Shown: positions 16,949 through 26,629 of the stretch, one piece after another
Layout: each line of letters begins with the position of its first letter
Numbering within the stretch: the stretch's first letter is position 1
Virus record (IMG/VR): IMGVR_UViG_3300012952_003952
Span: 64,001-128,000 of that record
Reading direction: 5' to 3' (one strand)
DNA: 64,000 nt
Source: a virus
Taxonomy: Duplodnaviria; Caudoviricetes
Translations under genes and position numbers: made by a program
The notes under the pieces: generated by a model
What the model was told of the DNA's origin: nothing
Seen by the model: the letters and a program-made list of their open reading frames with translations, nothing else
Database searches by the model: none

Positions 16949-18640
16949 ATGGGAGACTCAAGAGTCAGAATGCTCGGCCGAAATTCGGTCCAAGGGCAAA
17001 TGGAAGGTTCTGCACCTCCAGCATCTAGAGTCCTTTATAGAGGGGTAGTAGTTGATTGTATTCAAGATCCTCTATCTTACGACGAATTTAGAAGAGGGAT
17101 GGATGAAGTTATCGTTGCAAACCCTCAATTTATATCGACAGCGCCTAGAAACAGCATTATAGTGCAACCTATATCTGATGGAATGTCTAAATCTACTGGA
17201 AATCTTTTAGCTTATCCATTTTTTCCTCCTCACATTTGCATGCCTGTTAAACCAGGAGAACAAGTTTGGTTGATGGGTGAAAAAGCTGGTGATTTGGGTA
17301 GTTTGCCATATTGGATTGCAAGGTGCCCTGAGCCACTACAGGTTGATGATGTAAATTATACGCATGGAGATCGAAAGCTCGCCATGAACACCGCTTTGTC
17401 TACTAGCGAAGAATTAGCAGCAGTACAAGGTACAGCACCAATTAAGCTACCAGGCTTTAATAATGGAGATGGTACGCCCAACGGTTCTACTATACCAGAC
17501 ATAGCCGCAACTTTAGCTATAGACCCCGAAGATGGCTATGACTTCATTATGCGTACCTCGTTTTGGAATGAGTATCTCTCTCAAGAGCCCGTACCTAGAT
17601 TTAGTAAAAGACCACAAGATTTAGTACTTCAAGGTTCTAACAATACAGCAATTATCTTAGGAGAAGATCGAGGTTGGGGATTTGCTAATGATGCTCGCCC
17701 AGATAATGCTGAATTAAGAACTGCGCCAGTAGGTCTAGGCGGAGTAGTTCCGTCTGAAGAAGCTGGAAGCATGGCCCCATTTAATGGAACAATAGACATC
17801 GTCGCAGGAAGAGGGAGATTTTTACCGGCTAATCCTACCTTGACTGGTTCTATTGGAGACTCTCCAGATAAAACTTCTACAGCGCCTAGAACAATAGAAA
17901 ACCAGAGAGGGTTTCAAGAAGCAGACAAAGATCCAGTTTCCAATAATTTAAATCCGCAAGAGGCTGCAGATGAAGGAGATCCAGATTTCAAAGACGACTC
18001 TTCTAGAGTTTATGTCAGCATGCATACTGCAGGAGATAAAAATTTTGGAATTGATACAAAAGGAGGAAACTTAGCTTCGCCGTTTGAGGGGGAGTTTTCC
18101 GATATAGAAGAAGAGCCTTTTGTTATAATGTGCTCAGATAATGTTCGTATTGTAGCTAGAAAAAATGCAGACCATGACATTAACGGCAGTATTAGAATAG
18201 TAAAACAAGGAGCTTTAAACGACGATCATGCATGTATTGTTTTACAGCCAGATGGTACAATACAAATTAGCGGAAACAAGATATACATGGGCAGAGTAAA
18301 AGATAATGAAGATCGCCCAGGCGGCGAAGGTGCACTTCCAAGAGCGTTAGACGGCGGTCTTGGCTCGGGCCCAGATGGGTCTCAAACAGGAACCGGAAGG
18401 CTGGCAGCAACTAGCAGACTAGCAAACCCCATGGTTAGATATTACCAATTAGAGCACATGATTCATTTACTATGCGATGGAATACTCAGTTTTTCTGCAA
18501 TAGTGAAAACTCATTCTACTCCGGGCTTCGGTGCACCGTCACCTCAGTTGAATGCCGCCGCGGACGCGTTAGCAGGTACAGCTACCCAAGCTAAAGCTCT
18601 AGTGACCACGTTGGCTTCAGAAAGAATATTTGGCGAATAA
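16949..18640 (+). CDS. Baseplate hub/spike protein (gp5/VgrG-like OB-fold N-terminus), no lysozyme domain seen
   Basis: RGVVVD...AYPFFPPHICMPVKPGEQVWL resembles a gp5 OB-fold, followed by DLVLQGSNNTAIILG. It lies upstream of the gp25- and gp6-like genes. Confidence 0.55.
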   Translation: MGDSRVRMLGRNSVQGQMEGSAPPASRVLYRGVVVDCIQDPLSYDEFRRGMDEVIVANPQFISTAPRNSIIVQPISDGMSKSTGNLLAYPFFPPHICMPVKPGEQVWLMGEKAGDLGSLPYWIARCPEPLQVDDVNYTHGDRKLAMNTALSTSEELAAVQGTAPIKLPGFNNGDGTPNGSTIPDIAATLAIDPEDGYDFIMRTSFWNEYLSQEPVPRFSKRPQDLVLQGSNNTAIILGEDRGWGFANDARPDNAELRTAPVGLGGVVPSEEAGSMAPFNGTIDIVAGRGRFLPANPTLTGSIGDSPDKTSTAPRTIENQRGFQEADKDPVSNNLNPQEAADEGDPDFKDDSSRVYVSMHTAGDKNFGIDTKGGNLASPFEGEFSDIEEEPFVIMCSDNVRIVARKNADHDINGSIRIVKQGALNDDHACIVLQPDGTIQISGNKIYMGRVKDNEDRPGGEGALPRALDGGLGSGPDGSQTGTGRLAATSRLANPMVRYYQLEHMIHLLCDGILSFSAIVKTHSTPGFGAPSPQLNAAADALAGTATQAKALVTTLASERIFGE

Positions 18641-18662
18641 TTAATATAAAAGGAAGTGAAAA

Positions 18663-19196
18663 ATGGGAGAAACGTTAAATAAATTTATGGCGGCTGGCGA
18701 TGCTCTACACCAGGGTTCAAAAACACTCGTAGCCGGCGCCGGCGCGCTCGGAATGGGAGGAGCAGGAGCAATCGCAGAATGGGCTGGTGCTCCAGGCGCA
18801 ATAGAGGGTTTTACTGAAGACGCTCTATCGCGCGCTGATGAGGTCTCTTCTGCTCAACTTGCCGGGATGTTGGGCGAGGGCAATGAAGTTCCATCTGTTG
18901 CTCCTGGAGGACAGGTTGGCGCTAAAGTCCAGGGTGAATTTTGGGCCATCGACATGCCGAAGGAAGTAAAGCGCGTCATAACTGATGGTTCGAAGCCCAA
19001 TGGTGAAGGAGGCCCAAATTTAACTGCGTATACGCAGTTTATAATTTCAAATGTTTTGAAATGTATAACAAACAGTATGCTAACTGGCCCGGTATCATTT
19101 GCAGGAATGGGATTTTCGGTTGGTTCTCCAATGATGCATATTGTTATTATTCCGTTTGGAGATGCCCAGTTAAATCCGATGAATATCATTATTTAA
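18663..19196 (+). CDS. Hypothetical baseplate-associated protein, Gly/Ala-rich
   Basis: ORF between the spike and gp25-like genes with an AGGAAG RBS-like motif. The 5' half is GC-rich. Confidence 0.65.
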   Translation: MGETLNKFMAAGDALHQGSKTLVAGAGALGMGGAGAIAEWAGAPGAIEGFTEDALSRADEVSSAQLAGMLGEGNEVPSVAPGGQVGAKVQGEFWAIDMPKEVKRVITDGSKPNGEGGPNLTAYTQFIISNVLKCITNSMLTGPVSFAGMGFSVGSPMMHIVIIPFGDAQLNPMNIII

Positions 19197-19262
19197 ATTA
19201 TGCGCCTTTAAAACTACAGAGGGGAATAATTAATACAGAAGTAAAAAATAGAGGTGTTTTAT

Positions 19263-19748
19263 ATGTCTAACGCAAGGACCTATAGTTTTAAAGCAGTCGG
19301 AGAGACTCTAGAGGAATATGGTCAAACTAGAAGAACTGATGTGACTTCGAAGCCTCCCCTGGGAATAAAAACACCACTCCAGCTGGACTATGACTTTGGC
19401 CAGCTTTTTGAAATGCACTACAACGTTGGCGACATGATAAAAGATAATCTTAGAAATCTTATCTTGACAAATCATGGAGAAAGAGTGAACATGTATGATT
19501 TTGGAGCTAACTTGCAAGAATTGGTTATGGAACTTGGTAGTGAGTCAGCTGACAAAGAAGCTATGTCTAGAATTCTTAAAGCGGCAAATAAATACATGCC
19601 GTTTATACAGTTAACTGATTTTAATGCATTTTCTGAACCTCGTCAGGGCGGCGGCCCAGCTGTAAAAGGTATAAGAATAACATATTCTGTTCCAGTTGCC
19701 AAGATGGGCACACAGGCGATGGAAGTAATCCTGTATATGGGTGGATAA
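19263..19748 (+). CDS. Baseplate wedge protein, gp25-like
   Basis: IKDNLRNLILTNHGERVNMYDFGANLQELVME is the gp25 signature. ATG 19263 follows GAGGTG. Confidence 0.88.
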   Translation: MSNARTYSFKAVGETLEEYGQTRRTDVTSKPPLGIKTPLQLDYDFGQLFEMHYNVGDMIKDNLRNLILTNHGERVNMYDFGANLQELVMELGSESADKEAMSRILKAANKYMPFIQLTDFNAFSEPRQGGGPAVKGIRITYSVPVAKMGTQAMEVILYMGG

Positions 19749-19750
19749 AA

Positions 19751-21598
19751 ATGGCAGTAGACTCTTCAAAACTAATAGCAAAACAAGCTCAAAAATCTTA
19801 TCTAGCAAAAGACTTTGTTAATTTCCGAGCTGAATTAATTCAGTACGCGAAAACTTTCTTTCCTGACAAGATTCAAGATTTTTCTGAAGCTAGCTTAGGC
19901 GGGCTTTTAATGGAAATGGCAGCCTATGTTGGCGACACGATGTCGTTTTACTTAGATTACCAGTTTAATGAGCTTAATCCAATTACTGCTATTGAACCCT
20001 CTAATATAGTTTCTCATGCTAAAAATGCCGGTGTCCCAGTCACAGGCGCAGCACCATCAGTAGTCTTGTTAACAGTTTATATTGCAGTTCCAGCAACTCT
20101 TAAAGACAATGGAGACTATGTCCCGCAGAGCAATGCTCTTCCAATAATAAAAAAGGACACTCAAACAAAATCTAATACTGGAATTGTTTTTACTTTAGTA
20201 GAAGATTGTAACTTCGGAGAAGTTGATGATTATGGTAATCTAAAATGCACATATATTACTTCAGAAGTAGATGATGCCAATAATCCGATCACGTTTATTC
20301 TTACTAAAGAAGTGACTTGTATCTCTGGAAAAATTATAGTAGAAACATTCTCTATTCCCAACGTTTTAAAACCTTTTAGAAAACTTACGCTAAGCAATCA
20401 AGACGTAAGCAAAATAATTAGAGTAAAAGATACAGACAAACACATTTATTACGAAGTTGAATCTTTAGCTGAGGATAATATCTTTAGAGCAGTAAAAAAT
20501 TTAGATGATGAAAAAGAGTTAGTTACATCTAATTTAGAAGTAGTTCCAGCTCCATACCGATATACTAGAGCAACAGATTTTAGAACTCGATTAACTAGTA
20601 TCCAATTTGGTGGTGGTGATGCCGAAGCTCCAGATGACGATATTATTCCAGATCTTTCTGTTTTGGCATTACCTCTTTATGGAACCAAAACAATGCCTCG
20701 GTTTTCTATTGACCCCAACGCTTTATTAAGAACTTCTACTTTGGGAATAGCGCCAATTAACACCACTATAGAAGTTACGTATCGTTATGGAGGTGGAAAG
20801 ACACACAACGTACCTCCAGAAACAATTAGAACTATAAATTCTTTAAACATTATGTTTCCAGAAAATCCACCAAAATCTATTCAAGACAGTGTTATACAAT
20901 CGCTTGACGTTTCTAATACGGATTCTGCAGCTGGAGGAGCCGCACCACTAACCATAGAAAATCTTAAAGCCTTAATCCAGTCTTCAAGAAACCAGCAAGC
21001 TAGAATTGTAACTCAACAAGATCTTTTAGCTAGAATATATACACTTCCAACTGAGTTTGGAAGAGTGTATCGTGCGGGAATTCATCATAATCCGGATAAT
21101 CCACTTTCTTCTAATTTATACGTTATTTCTAGAGATATATCTGGAAATCTAGCTATCAGTCCAGACGCTTTAAAGATAAATATTTCTACTTATCTTAATG
21201 AATTTAGGCTCGTATCAGACGCAGTAGATATTTTAGACGCAACTGTAATAAATTATGGAGTTAACTTTTCTATAGTTTGTTCTCCAGATGCTAACAAAAG
21301 TACAGTGGTTCAAAATGTTATAAATGCGATCAAGGAAGTTTCAGAGATGAAATATTTTCAAATTGACCAACCAATTGTTGAAAGCGATGTAATAAATGCT
21401 GTTATAAATACAGAAGGTGTTTTATCTTTGGTAGAGCTTCAATTTAAAAATTACTCCGGCCAAGTCGGCCTAAACAAATTTAGCGATTATGATTTCGATT
21501 TAGAAGCAAACAAACATAAAGGCTTAATAGTTGGCCCAGAAGGAGCTATTTTCGAAATGAAATATCCAGATTCTGTAATATTAGGAACAGCTCAGTAG
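19751..21598 (+). CDS. Baseplate wedge protein, T4 gp6/baseplate J-like
   Basis: YLAKDFVNFRAELIQYAKTFFP..QDFSEASLGGLLMEMAAYVGD..SFYLD, plus QFGGG, AAGGA and RIVTQQD. Confidence 0.9.
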   Translation: MAVDSSKLIAKQAQKSYLAKDFVNFRAELIQYAKTFFPDKIQDFSEASLGGLLMEMAAYVGDTMSFYLDYQFNELNPITAIEPSNIVSHAKNAGVPVTGAAPSVVLLTVYIAVPATLKDNGDYVPQSNALPIIKKDTQTKSNTGIVFTLVEDCNFGEVDDYGNLKCTYITSEVDDANNPITFILTKEVTCISGKIIVETFSIPNVLKPFRKLTLSNQDVSKIIRVKDTDKHIYYEVESLAEDNIFRAVKNLDDEKELVTSNLEVVPAPYRYTRATDFRTRLTSIQFGGGDAEAPDDDIIPDLSVLALPLYGTKTMPRFSIDPNALLRTSTLGIAPINTTIEVTYRYGGGKTHNVPPETIRTINSLNIMFPENPPKSIQDSVIQSLDVSNTDSAAGGAAPLTIENLKALIQSSRNQQARIVTQQDLLARIYTLPTEFGRVYRAGIHHNPDNPLSSNLYVISRDISGNLAISPDALKINISTYLNEFRLVSDAVDILDATVINYGVNFSIVCSPDANKSTVVQNVINAIKEVSEMKYFQIDQPIVESDVINAVINTEGVLSLVELQFKNYSGQVGLNKFSDYDFDLEANKHKGLIVGPEGAIFEMKYPDSVILGTAQ

Positions 21599-21605
21599 GG
21601 TAAAA

Positions 21606-23141
21606 ATGTATTTAATTTTAACAGCTAGCAAAAGCACTTACATCACTAATAAGATCATTGACAACAAATTTAGAGCTACAGATGCGAATGTGGGAAAAGC
21701 TGGAACATTAGATCTTTTTAAACTTTACAATGAATCTACACTTACTGGATCAACAGATCCAATTGAGCTATCTAGAATTCTTTTAAAGTTCAATCTAGAT
21801 TCTCTTCAAAATTTAACTGCATCTAATATAGACATAGGCTCTAGCACTTTTAGAGCAAGATTAAAACTTTTCGATGTCTACGCAGGTCAAGGTGTTCCTA
21901 AAAATTTTAAAGCAGTAGTGTACCCGCTTTCAAGATCTTTCGATGAGGGTGTAGGTAGAGACGTATCAGCTTTTCAAGATATAGATGTTGCTAATTTTAT
22001 TACTTCTTCTTACTCAAACTCTACAGCAAATGCTTGGTTTGTTTCAGGAGCAAATCGAGGTGGTCTATTAAATTCGAATGACATAGACTATATTTCTTCT
22101 GGAAGCTTAGGCTCAGGCGTAGTAGATTTTGGAAAAGTTCAGCTTTTTAAAGAGGGAAATGAAGATTTAGATATTGATATAACAAGTATTATTTCTGGAA
22201 CTTTGGCAGGAAGTATTCCGAATCGAGGATTGCGTATATCTTTTAGTGGATCTCAAGAAACAGATACAAAGACGAGATTTGTCAAGCGGTTTGGCTCGAG
22301 GCATGTCTCCGATCCATTTAAAGCCCCACAGCTTCATATTAGCTATGACGATAGTATAATAGATCACCACGAAGATTTTATTTTTGACGTGAGTGGATCT
22401 CTATTTTTAAACAATTTCCATCGTGGAACTCCAGCAAACATTTTATCTGGTGCTGCAGCTTCAGAGTTATCTGGAAACAATTGCATTATGCTAAGATTAG
22501 AAAAGCAAGACTTGTCTCTTTATTTTACTGGATCTCAGCACACTGAAGGAACGGACTCTACCGGCGCAAAAGGCTTATATTCGGCTTCTTTTGCGGTTTC
22601 TTTAAACAATACTTCTAAAGTTAATAAAACTCAAAAACTTTTAGATTTAGCATATAAGAGCGGCTCAGTAACCTTTGATGAGTATTGGACGTCAGTAGAT
22701 GGTAACGTTGGCTACCATACAGGAAGCGTAGAAATAAAGCTTCCGTATAGGACTTCGTACAATTATTCACCTGCCGATCTGTATTTTCACTTTATGAATA
22801 TGGAGCCAAAGTACGACAAATTAGATGTTACTCGAATCAACGTTTTTGTTAGGAATTTTGAAACTAAAGATAAAGCTAGCAAACTTCCATATGAAAGAAA
22901 AAGTATAATTTTATCGAAAGTTTATTACAGAATAAGAAATTTAGACACTGGAACTATAGTTGTTCCTTTTGAATCGGCAACTGGAGGAACAAAGCTTTCG
23001 GCAAATAGTTCGGGATTAAGCTTTGAACTACGTTGTGAGTCACTTCCTCCCGGTCATATTTATACTATAGATTTATTAGTAAAAGATTTTGACCAACACA
23101 GAATATACGAATCTGCAAGTCCAAAATTTAAGGTTAGCTAA
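21606..23141 (+). CDS. Virion structural protein (baseplate region)
   Basis: 511-aa Ser/Thr/Gly-rich ORF directly after gp6-like, with a beta-rich pattern (RLKLFDV...VYPLSRSFDEGVG). Confidence 0.7.
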   Translation: MYLILTASKSTYITNKIIDNKFRATDANVGKAGTLDLFKLYNESTLTGSTDPIELSRILLKFNLDSLQNLTASNIDIGSSTFRARLKLFDVYAGQGVPKNFKAVVYPLSRSFDEGVGRDVSAFQDIDVANFITSSYSNSTANAWFVSGANRGGLLNSNDIDYISSGSLGSGVVDFGKVQLFKEGNEDLDIDITSIISGTLAGSIPNRGLRISFSGSQETDTKTRFVKRFGSRHVSDPFKAPQLHISYDDSIIDHHEDFIFDVSGSLFLNNFHRGTPANILSGAAASELSGNNCIMLRLEKQDLSLYFTGSQHTEGTDSTGAKGLYSASFAVSLNNTSKVNKTQKLLDLAYKSGSVTFDEYWTSVDGNVGYHTGSVEIKLPYRTSYNYSPADLYFHFMNMEPKYDKLDVTRINVFVRNFETKDKASKLPYERKSIILSKVYYRIRNLDTGTIVVPFESATGGTKLSANSSGLSFELRCESLPPGHIYTIDLLVKDFDQHRIYESASPKFKVS

Positions 23142-26100
23142 TGGCAAAACGCCCGACCAGCTTTTATACTAAAGGCGGATTATTTTCCCCGCGATTAGTA
23201 ACAAAAATCGCTCAAGAAGATCCTACGATTTTATCCCAAGATACAACTGCGCTTTCTGGATCTTTGATAGGCGGAAATTCTTGGAAGTTTGACGGCCCGG
23301 GCGCTCCATTTAAAAGCACGCAGCAAATACCAATTGACTGGTCTCAATTTTTAAACCATACTTTTTTTAATTCTGCAGAGTCTAAAGTAAACGTAACATT
23401 TGACACAATAATCAACTATTTTCCTTTTGATGGAAATACAGCTCAAACTGATAAATTCTTAGAAAATCTTACTGGATTTGAGAAGTGGGTATATGATAAA
23501 TGGCCAAAACACCTTGGCTGGTTATTTTTCTCGGGCTCTGCAGGTCACGCTTCTTCCGATGTGGGCAGCTATATTAAAGTCAAAGACGTTGCTGGCGTTT
23601 TATATCCATCGCTCTCTAAAAGAAAAGATGCAGCCACAGTTTTAGACCCTAAGTCAAAAAGTTTTTCTTTGGAATTTTATATTCATGTACCCAAAGAAGC
23701 CAATGGCCGTCAAGTAATCTTTCAAAAAAAGGGCGACTCAGGTGGCAATTGGGCTGGCGGGTTTACTATCGGACTTTTACCCGCGGGCGCAGTACAACGC
23801 CCAGCTATTAAGTTTTTAGTATCTAGTGGCACAACAGTTCAGAGCTGTATAATGCCTATAAGACGTGGCGGATTCCGACACATCGCATGTGTGTTTGATC
23901 GTCAAACAACTTCATTCCCGCAACTAAAAATGTATCTATCTGGAAAATTGATGGCTACTTCATCTATTATTGCTAGCATTGGTCCATTTGCGGGTGGGGC
24001 GCAAGATTTATTAATAGGTTCCGGTTCACACCATATCAATTTCCAGCCGGCAGAAACATTTTCAGGCTCTATAGACGAGTTTAAGTTTTATCACGGACTA
24101 AGGACAGAGTATACGATTATGACACAAATGTCGGCATCTGCTCAGCCTTCTCCAAAATTAAAACTTTATTTTAAATTCAATGAAGGCACTGGATCTTATC
24201 CTAATAATAATGTTTGCTTAGATTCTTCCGGCAACTCTCTTCATTCTAGAATAGAAAATTTTTCTAAATACGCCACAGCTACATCTAATTTAAGAGATTT
24301 ACGGAATTTAAAACACCCGATAATTTATGAAGATCGATCTTTGAGTCCAGTGTTATTTCCTGCTCAACCAGACGTTGTAGCTTTAAACACTGATCTAATG
24401 GGCTCAGCCAGTTTATACGACGCTAACAACCCCAACTTAATAACTAAGCTGATACCCCAGCATTATTTAGTAGAAGCTTCTGCCGCCGAGGGATATGATG
24501 ATGAGTATGCGGGAAGAGGAGATGCTTTTTCTTACGTTAAAGATTTCCCTGGCGGCGGTAAAATGGGGTCACCTCAAATTATAGCAAGTGTTCTTTTTTC
24601 TTGGGCTAAATTTTTTGATGAGATGAAAATTTATTTAGACCAATTCGGCGATCTCTTAAAAATGGATTATGATAGCGAGGGAACTGTTTCAGACCAAATG
24701 CTTATGTTTTTTGCCAATTACTATGGATTTGATTTGCCTACAAACTTTGCAAATTCTGATATAGCTCAATTTCATTTTGGTAAAAATTTAAACTATGAAC
24801 CATCTTTATCTTCTACTACTTTAAGAGTAATCCAAAACCAAGTATGGAGAAGGATCTTAGTAAATATACAGCACATTATTAGGTCTAAAGGAACCATTCA
24901 TGGAGTGAAAGCTCTGCTAAGAGCAGCTGGTATAAACCCAGAAAATAATTTTAGATTTAGAGAATTTGGAGGATCTAGAACTATAACAACGGCAGACTCT
25001 AGAAGAAAACTAACGCAAGTTTCTAAAATGATTAGTATGACTGGTTCTCTTTCTACTTTTCGATCTCCGTTCTTAAGTGGTTCTAGAGTAGAGGTCGGCT
25101 GGCCAACCCCTCAAGGCACATTTGTTCAAAAAGATAAATTTTCTCCTCACGGTATATCAAATGCAGCTTCAGATGGACTTTTTACTACAGCTTCTTGGAC
25201 TTATGAAGGAATATATTCTTTTGGAAACTTAGTGCAAGATACGCCACCAACTCAAAGCTTAGTAAGAATGTATGTGAGCGGAACTCATGCTTCTACGTCT
25301 AAAGGAGCGTGTATATTAAACGTTGTTGCTTGCGGTACAGGAAGCGGAATTTACGAATCTGGATCCGTTAATCTTTTTGTGAGATCTGGCATATCCGATA
25401 CCGCCTCTACTTTAGAATTAAAGATTAACGGCGCAAATATCTTTGATGGAGATAAGTGGCATCTAGCTGTAGGAAGAGATATTGGTACCTCTACTGGTTC
25501 ATATGCATCTGCTTCTTACTTTTTAAGAGTTGGAAAACAGAATGGTGGCAACATAACAGAATACCACACTACACAGTCTTACTTTGAAGCTGCCGTGCCA
25601 ACTCAAGATGTATTCAGTACTATATCAGACCATTATAACTTTTCTGGAAGTTACTTTGTAGTAGGGTCTTCTTCTTTTTATGGTACTTCTGGAAACAAAT
25701 TTTTAGATTCAACATCAAAAGTAACAAATGCCCTAGCCAGAATAGGAAAAACTGCTGGGCATGTTGCGCAAGTAAGATTTTGGACTTTAGCTTTGAGCCA
25801 CGAAGAAACCAAAGAACACATTAGAAACTTTAAATCTTTAGGCGTAAAAGACCCTCTAACTAATTTTAGTTTTACTAATGATGTAACAGGAGCATTTGAA
25901 AAACTTAGGATAAATGCTGCTCTAGATCAGCAAGTCACTAAGTCAGACGCTTTTGGGAAAATAGCACTCTTTGACTACAGCCAAAACAACCACCATCTTT
26001 CTGGAACTATGTTCCAAGCTTCGAAAAGAGTGATAAACCCAGAACACTTTAGTTATTCTATATTAGACCCTAAGTGGGATGAGAGATCAGCAGAAAATAA

Positions 26101-26629
26101 AATAAGAGTAGCTGGATTTTTAAAGGATTCAAATATACAAGAGTTTAATACTTTGAAAGCTCCAGTAAGAAAAGTTAATCCATCAATCGCGCAATACGAC
26201 GACACTAGATTTAGTATAGAGGTTTCTGCAGTGAGAGCCCTTAATGAAGATATTGTTTTGTTACTTTCTTCTTTAGATTGGTTTAATAACGCTATAGGAG
26301 CTCCAGAGCTCCAGTTTGCAGAAAGTTATCCCGAGCTAGAAAAATTAAGAAGAGTGTATTTTAATAGACTAGATGGAAAACTTAATTTTAAGCAGTTGTT
26401 TGAATTTTTTAAATGGTTTGATGATTCTCTTTCCCTATTGGTTGAAAGGCTTATTCCAAGGCACACTAATTTCTTAGGAATAAACTTTGTTATTGAACCT
26501 CATATGCTAGAAAGAGCAAAGCACAATTATGCTTCTCAAGCTTCTATTTATCTTGGTGAAAATGATAGAAGAGGTTTAGATACTGAACTGCTTCTTAGAC
26601 AAATAGTTATCACGTTGAGGAAATTCTAA
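23141..26629 (+). CDS. Baseplate wedge gp7/P2 gpI-like protein carrying two LamG/concanavalin-like domains
   Basis: IWRRILVNIQHIIRSKGTIHGVKALLRAAGINP is gp7/gpI-like. LamG patterns: FSLEFYI...RHIACVFD...FSGSIDEFKFY and DKWHLAVGR...VAQVRFW. Confidence 0.7.
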   Translation: MAKRPTSFYTKGGLFSPRLVTKIAQEDPTILSQDTTALSGSLIGGNSWKFDGPGAPFKSTQQIPIDWSQFLNHTFFNSAESKVNVTFDTIINYFPFDGNTAQTDKFLENLTGFEKWVYDKWPKHLGWLFFSGSAGHASSDVGSYIKVKDVAGVLYPSLSKRKDAATVLDPKSKSFSLEFYIHVPKEANGRQVIFQKKGDSGGNWAGGFTIGLLPAGAVQRPAIKFLVSSGTTVQSCIMPIRRGGFRHIACVFDRQTTSFPQLKMYLSGKLMATSSIIASIGPFAGGAQDLLIGSGSHHINFQPAETFSGSIDEFKFYHGLRTEYTIMTQMSASAQPSPKLKLYFKFNEGTGSYPNNNVCLDSSGNSLHSRIENFSKYATATSNLRDLRNLKHPIIYEDRSLSPVLFPAQPDVVALNTDLMGSASLYDANNPNLITKLIPQHYLVEASAAEGYDDEYAGRGDAFSYVKDFPGGGKMGSPQIIASVLFSWAKFFDEMKIYLDQFGDLLKMDYDSEGTVSDQMLMFFANYYGFDLPTNFANSDIAQFHFGKNLNYEPSLSSTTLRVIQNQVWRRILVNIQHIIRSKGTIHGVKALLRAAGINPENNFRFREFGGSRTITTADSRRKLTQVSKMISMTGSLSTFRSPFLSGSRVEVGWPTPQGTFVQKDKFSPHGISNAASDGLFTTASWTYEGIYSFGNLVQDTPPTQSLVRMYVSGTHASTSKGACILNVVACGTGSGIYESGSVNLFVRSGISDTASTLELKINGANIFDGDKWHLAVGRDIGTSTGSYASASYFLRVGKQNGGNITEYHTTQSYFEAAVPTQDVFSTISDHYNFSGSYFVVGSSSFYGTSGNKFLDSTSKVTNALARIGKTAGHVAQVRFWTLALSHEETKEHIRNFKSLGVKDPLTNFSFTNDVTGAFEKLRINAALDQQVTKSDAFGKIALFDYSQNNHHLSGTMFQASKRVINPEHFSYSILDPKWDERSAENKIRVAGFLKDSNIQEFNTLKAPVRKVNPSIAQYDDTRFSIEVSAVRALNEDIVLLLSSLDWFNNAIGAPELQFAESYPELEKLRRVYFNRLDGKLNFKQLFEFFKWFDDSLSLLVERLIPRHTNFLGINFVIEPHMLERAKHNYASQASIYLGENDRRGLDTELLLRQIVITLRKF

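Noticed and set aside
16949-26629. Extracellular contractile injection system or T6SS instead of a phage
   Set aside because: The baseplate genes sit with a sigma factor, primase, RuvC and Mre11-Rad50 in a phage-like unidirectional layout. There are no T6SS membrane or ATPase genes and no host housekeeping genes.
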